Assembly (NCBI GenBank): GCA_001643675.2
Contig: LSRY02000033.1
Span: forward strand, 372,001-436,000
Direction: 5' to 3'
DNA: 64,000 bases
Source: Monocercomonoides exilis PA203
Taxonomy: Eukaryota; Protista; Preaxostyla
Both the position numbers and the translations under genes were made by a program. The notes under the pieces were generated by a model. It worked only from the letters and a program-made list of their open reading frames with translations, was not told the origin of the DNA and searched no databases. Shown here one piece after another: positions 60,629-64,000 of the stretch. Every line of letters begins with the position of its first letter. Position 1 is the first letter of the stretch.

Positions 60629-63600
60629 ATGGCAAGTATTTTGCCAGTTATGCTTCGCATATTTTTATTAATGCATTTTGGCCTTACAGTATATGAAGAA
60701 AACACTCTGCAATATTCTGCGTTAATCGGAACAAAGAGACAATTATCATATTTTTTCGATTTAAAAAATTCTACGCTTTTTTTAAATGCTATTTTGTTAC
60801 ACCAAGATTCAAATATTCCATTAATTACTGTTGACTTATATTCCAGCCTTCATCTTTCTTTATGTAAATTTGTAATTTCTCATAACTTTAGTTCATCACC
60901 ACTTATTGTTCAAGGAACTGTATCCCTTGAAAATTTTCAAATCAAAACTGAACATAATTTACCTTCTTCTTGCTCTGTTATATCCTGTCTGCAACATTCA
61001 GCGTCAATTTCTGTTCAGAATTCATTATTTAACTCAAATTCTTTTTACTCAACAAATTCTTTTCTGATATCGGGATATCATAGAGAATTGCATATTGGCA
61101 ATTGCATTTTTAGGAATATGTCAACATGTTCTCAAGCGAAAATTGCTTTTGAAAATTCACCTTCACAACCTTTTGCAAATGTTCAAAACACAATTGTTGA
61201 ACAAACTTTGAATCCTTGGGCCACACTTTTTTCCGAAAGTACTTTTTTCACTTCAATCAAAGTGAGTAATTCCTCAATTTGCAAATGTTTGAATTCAAAA
61301 AATGCCATTTACAGTAATTTGCTTTTATTTAGCGATACAACATTTTCTAATGTGACAGCTCCAAGTGGATCAAAAGGTGGTATTCTTTTGTTAAAAGACA
61401 TGATTTCATCATCATTTAATGCATGTTCTTTTATATGCTGCTGCGTGGGATGTCCAGATCAAACACCAAAAATTCAAGGTGGAAGCGGTGGATGTTTGTG
61501 GATTGGATCAATCAAAGGAGATTGCAGAATTTTTCGTTGCAATTTTTCTAGCTGTTATGCAGAAGAGACTGGAGGAGCTTTGACTGCACTATCAAATCAC
61601 CATCCAATTTATATCAAACAAACACAGTTTGTAAGATGTTTTTGCGGTGCTTGCAAAAAGAGATCATCTAATAAAGATAATGTGAAAGAATCATTCATTC
61701 AAAAAGATGGATACAACAAATGCAATGGTGGAGGAGCCATATTTGTTAGCAGCGGAGGAGGAATTGAAATGGATGATTGCAAAATTGAAGAATGCAAGAG
61801 TAATGGAGTTGGTGGAGGAATTTTATTTGACCTGAATGATATTGAATTATTAACTGAAATTAATGTTACATTGTGCCGTTTCGTAAGATGTTTTGCTGAG
61901 TATTGCGGTGGTGCTGTTGCTTTTTTTTTCAACAAGAAATTTGAATGCATTTCCTATTTAAATGCATTTGAATTTTCTTTTTGTTCTTTTGATCATAATT
62001 TTGTCCTTCAACAAAATTCTAAACATGATCAATTGAACTTACAGGAATTTTCTCAAACGTTGGCCGCAATTAGAAATGAGTATGTTGGTGAGATGGATGA
62101 ATCAGATATATTTATGAATGTTCCATGTGAATCTATGATGAGCACAAAATATTTTATAAATTGTTCATTTACAAATTCTCGTTGCAAAACGATTGACGAT
62201 GATAACAACACAATATTAGATCTTTTCTCGAAAGAAAAGAACGACACACATTTTGCGGAGAATGAAAACTTCAGTCAAAACAATTTAATAAAGAGTAACA
62301 CCATCAAAAAACAGAATGTTGGATCTGTATACGTTTCTGTAGAAGGAAATGATGAAAATTCTTGTGAGACGCAACAAGATTCTTGTGAATCAATAAACAG
62401 AGCTAAAGAACAATTGACTGAGATACCAAACATAATCATTATAATCAACACTGGAAAAGTGATTAATGAAATAACATTAGAAGATACAACATTACAGCCT
62501 CAAGCAGATTTAAATTATGTAGCAATACAAGTATCATTAAATAACTATCAACAATCACAATTTGGATTATTAAACTTTAAAGGAATATCATCAATTTATT
62601 GGACAAAAATAAAAGTAGGTCCGACGATCCATCACGAAGCGTTGATTTATGTGGAAGAGGGAGAGCTGAGGATCAGGAATGTTGGAGTTGTGGAAGAAGG
62701 GACGGGCGGGCTTGAGTTTGCGATAGGGATGATTGGGGCGGGGAGCGGAACGATTGAATCAGTGACGGTTGAAGGGCTGAGCTTTATGTCAGCGGTGTTT
62801 GCGGTGCTGGAAGGAGGGTCTGTGAGTATGAAAGGGGTGACGCTGAGCAAGTTGGGGATTGGGGCAGCAGACAAAAAAGCGAGTGCGATTGAATTGGCGG
62901 TTGGGGAAGGGCAGACGGCTACGATTGAAGGGTGCAAATTTGAAGAGATTGATGGGAGCACGATTACAGAAGGGAAAGGAGGAGCGATGAATGTGAGACT
63001 GGCTGGAAGCGGAAAACTTGAGGTGAAGACGACATCGGTGGTGAAATGCAAAGTGAATGAGGAAAGCGGGCGTGGAGGTGGGATGTATGTGCAGCTTGAA
63101 GACGGGTCAGGGAACGATTACAAATTTAATCTGGAGAAGATGGAAAATAATGGAGGGTTTAAAGGGCGAGACATATATTTGTCAGCGGAAGACTTGAAAA
63201 GTGCAGCATTGAGGAACAAGTTTGATTTTGGGATTTGGGAGGAGAGTTATGACCGTGTGAATGCGCTGTATGGAGAAGATCGTTTGAGAGAAGAGAGGGA
63301 TGTTGATTTGTTCGCGCTGTGGGAATACACGGGGAGCGATGTATACATTGGGCAGAGCGGGAAGGATATTGACTATTGTGGAGCGCACGATGATCCGTGC
63401 AAAAGTGTAAACTACGGAACGAAGCATCTGAAAGGAGGGGATAAACGGCTTGTGATTATTGATGAAGGAGAGTTTACCGACGAGTTCAGTGCTGAAGATG
63501 TTTCGATGGAGGGGGAAAGCACAACGGAGATGAAAGGTGTGAATGTTGTACTGGAAGAGAAAGCAGGAGCGACGAAGGGAGGGATGACGAGCAAAGGGAT

Positions 63601-64000
63601 ATCGAAGGTTGAATGGATCAGATTCAAAGTAGGTCCGACGATCCATCACGAAGCGTTGATTTATGTGGAAGAGGGAGAGCTGAGGATCAGGAATGTTGGA
63701 GTTGTGGAAGAAGGGACGGGCGGGCTTGAGTTTGCGATAGGGATGATTGGGGCGGGGAGCGGAACGATTGAATCAGTGACGGTTGAAGGGCTGAGCTTTA
63801 TGTCAGCGGTGTTTGCGGTGCTGGAAGGAGGGTCTGTGAGTATGAAAGGGGTGACGCTGAGCAAGTTGGGGATTGGGGCAGCAGACAAAAAAGCGAGTGC
63901 GATTGAATTGGCGGTTGGGGAAGGGCAGACGGCTACGATTGAAGGGTGCAAATTTGAAGAGATTGATGGGAGCACGATTACAGAAGGGAAAGGAGGAGCG
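60629..64000 (+). CDS. Secreted/surface beta-helix repeat protein (>1,120 aa, 3' end beyond window)
   Basis: MASILPVMLRIFLLMHFGLTV start (signal-like); frame consistent to the window end (..EGKGGA); GGIL/GGCL/GGAL/GGAI motifs; YVSVEGNDENSC..CESI and YIGQSGKDIDYCGAHDDPCKSV caps. An alternative start at 60474 in another frame is not excluded. Confidence 0.82.
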   Translation, partial: MASILPVMLRIFLLMHFGLTVYEENTLQYSALIGTKRQLSYFFDLKNSTLFLNAILLHQDSNIPLITVDLYSSLHLSLCKFVISHNFSSSPLIVQGTVSLENFQIKTEHNLPSSCSVISCLQHSASISVQNSLFNSNSFYSTNSFLISGYHRELHIGNCIFRNMSTCSQAKIAFENSPSQPFANVQNTIVEQTLNPWATLFSESTFFTSIKVSNSSICKCLNSKNAIYSNLLLFSDTTFSNVTAPSGSKGGILLLKDMISSSFNACSFICCCVGCPDQTPKIQGGSGGCLWIGSIKGDCRIFRCNFSSCYAEETGGALTALSNHHPIYIKQTQFVRCFCGACKKRSSNKDNVKESFIQKDGYNKCNGGGAIFVSSGGGIEMDDCKIEECKSNGVGGGILFDLNDIELLTEINVTLCRFVRCFAEYCGGAVAFFFNKKFECISYLNAFEFSFCSFDHNFVLQQNSKHDQLNLQEFSQTLAAIRNEYVGEMDESDIFMNVPCESMMSTKYFINCSFTNSRCKTIDDDNNTILDLFSKEKNDTHFAENENFSQNNLIKSNTIKKQNVGSVYVSVEGNDENSCETQQDSCESINRAKEQLTEIPNIIIIINTGKVINEITLEDTTLQPQADLNYVAIQVSLNNYQQSQFGLLNFKGISSIYWTKIKVGPTIHHEALIYVEEGELRIRNVGVVEEGTGGLEFAIGMIGAGSGTIESVTVEGLSFMSAVFAVLEGGSVSMKGVTLSKLGIGAADKKASAIELAVGEGQTATIEGCKFEEIDGSTITEGKGGAMNVRLAGSGKLEVKTTSVVKCKVNEESGRGGGMYVQLEDGSGNDYKFNLEKMENNGGFKGRDIYLSAEDLKSAALRNKFDFGIWEESYDRVNALYGEDRLREERDVDLFALWEYTGSDVYIGQSGKDIDYCGAHDDPCKSVNYGTKHLKGGDKRLVIIDEGEFTDEFSAEDVSMEGESTTEMKGVNVVLEEKAGATKGGMTSKGISKVEWIRFKVGPTIHHEALIYVEEGELRIRNVGVVEEGTGGLEFAIGMIGAGSGTIESVTVEGLSFMSAVFAVLEGGSVSMKGVTLSKLGIGAADKKASAIELAVGEGQTATIEGCKFEEIDGSTITEGKGGA
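62612..64000 (+). repeat. In-frame tandem repeat, unit 1,014 bp (338 aa); visible overlap identical
   Basis: AAAGTAGGTCCGACGATCCATCACGAAGCG starts at 62612 and at 63626. 62612-62986 matches 63626-64000 with no difference seen; the antisense ORFs ending at 62647 and 63661 translate identically. Confidence 0.93.

Noticed and set aside
19521-63625. Foldback length (1,014 bp with TAs) equals the coding repeat unit length (1,014 bp)
   Set aside because: No sequence similarity between them; treated as coincidence.

Overview
AT-rich eukaryotic DNA with short GT-AG introns and the standard genetic code (multi-kb ORFs have no in-frame TAA/TAG; RPL5 ends in TAA). Gene content suggests an oxymonad such as Monocercomonoides (inference, not verified). 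From left to right: (1) a >5,670-aa apparently intronless secreted or surface beta-helix repeat protein on the minus strand, running off the left edge and so absent from the ORF track; (2) a nested DNA-transposon cluster (dead mariner split by a CAC-ended insertion, abutting a 1-kb near-perfect foldback), a decayed coiled-coil pseudogene and a dead Merlin/ISXO2-like transposase; (3) a spliced Mtr4/Ski2-like helicase whose ATPase motifs are degenerate, head-to-head with RPL5; (4) a 4-exon, about 5,400-aa Nup188 homologue inflated about 3-fold by Ser-rich insertions; (5) a beta-helix/TM/C-lobe-only pseudokinase receptor-like gene; (6) MITE-like repeats; (7) a third beta-helix gene running off the right edge, with an abrupt in-frame composition switch into an identical 1,014-bp tandem repeat. 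The best candidates for new biology are the modular, apparently recombining surface-protein family, the helicase-dead Mtr4 paralogue and the giant Nup188. All homology calls come from motif recognition by eye; no searches were run.
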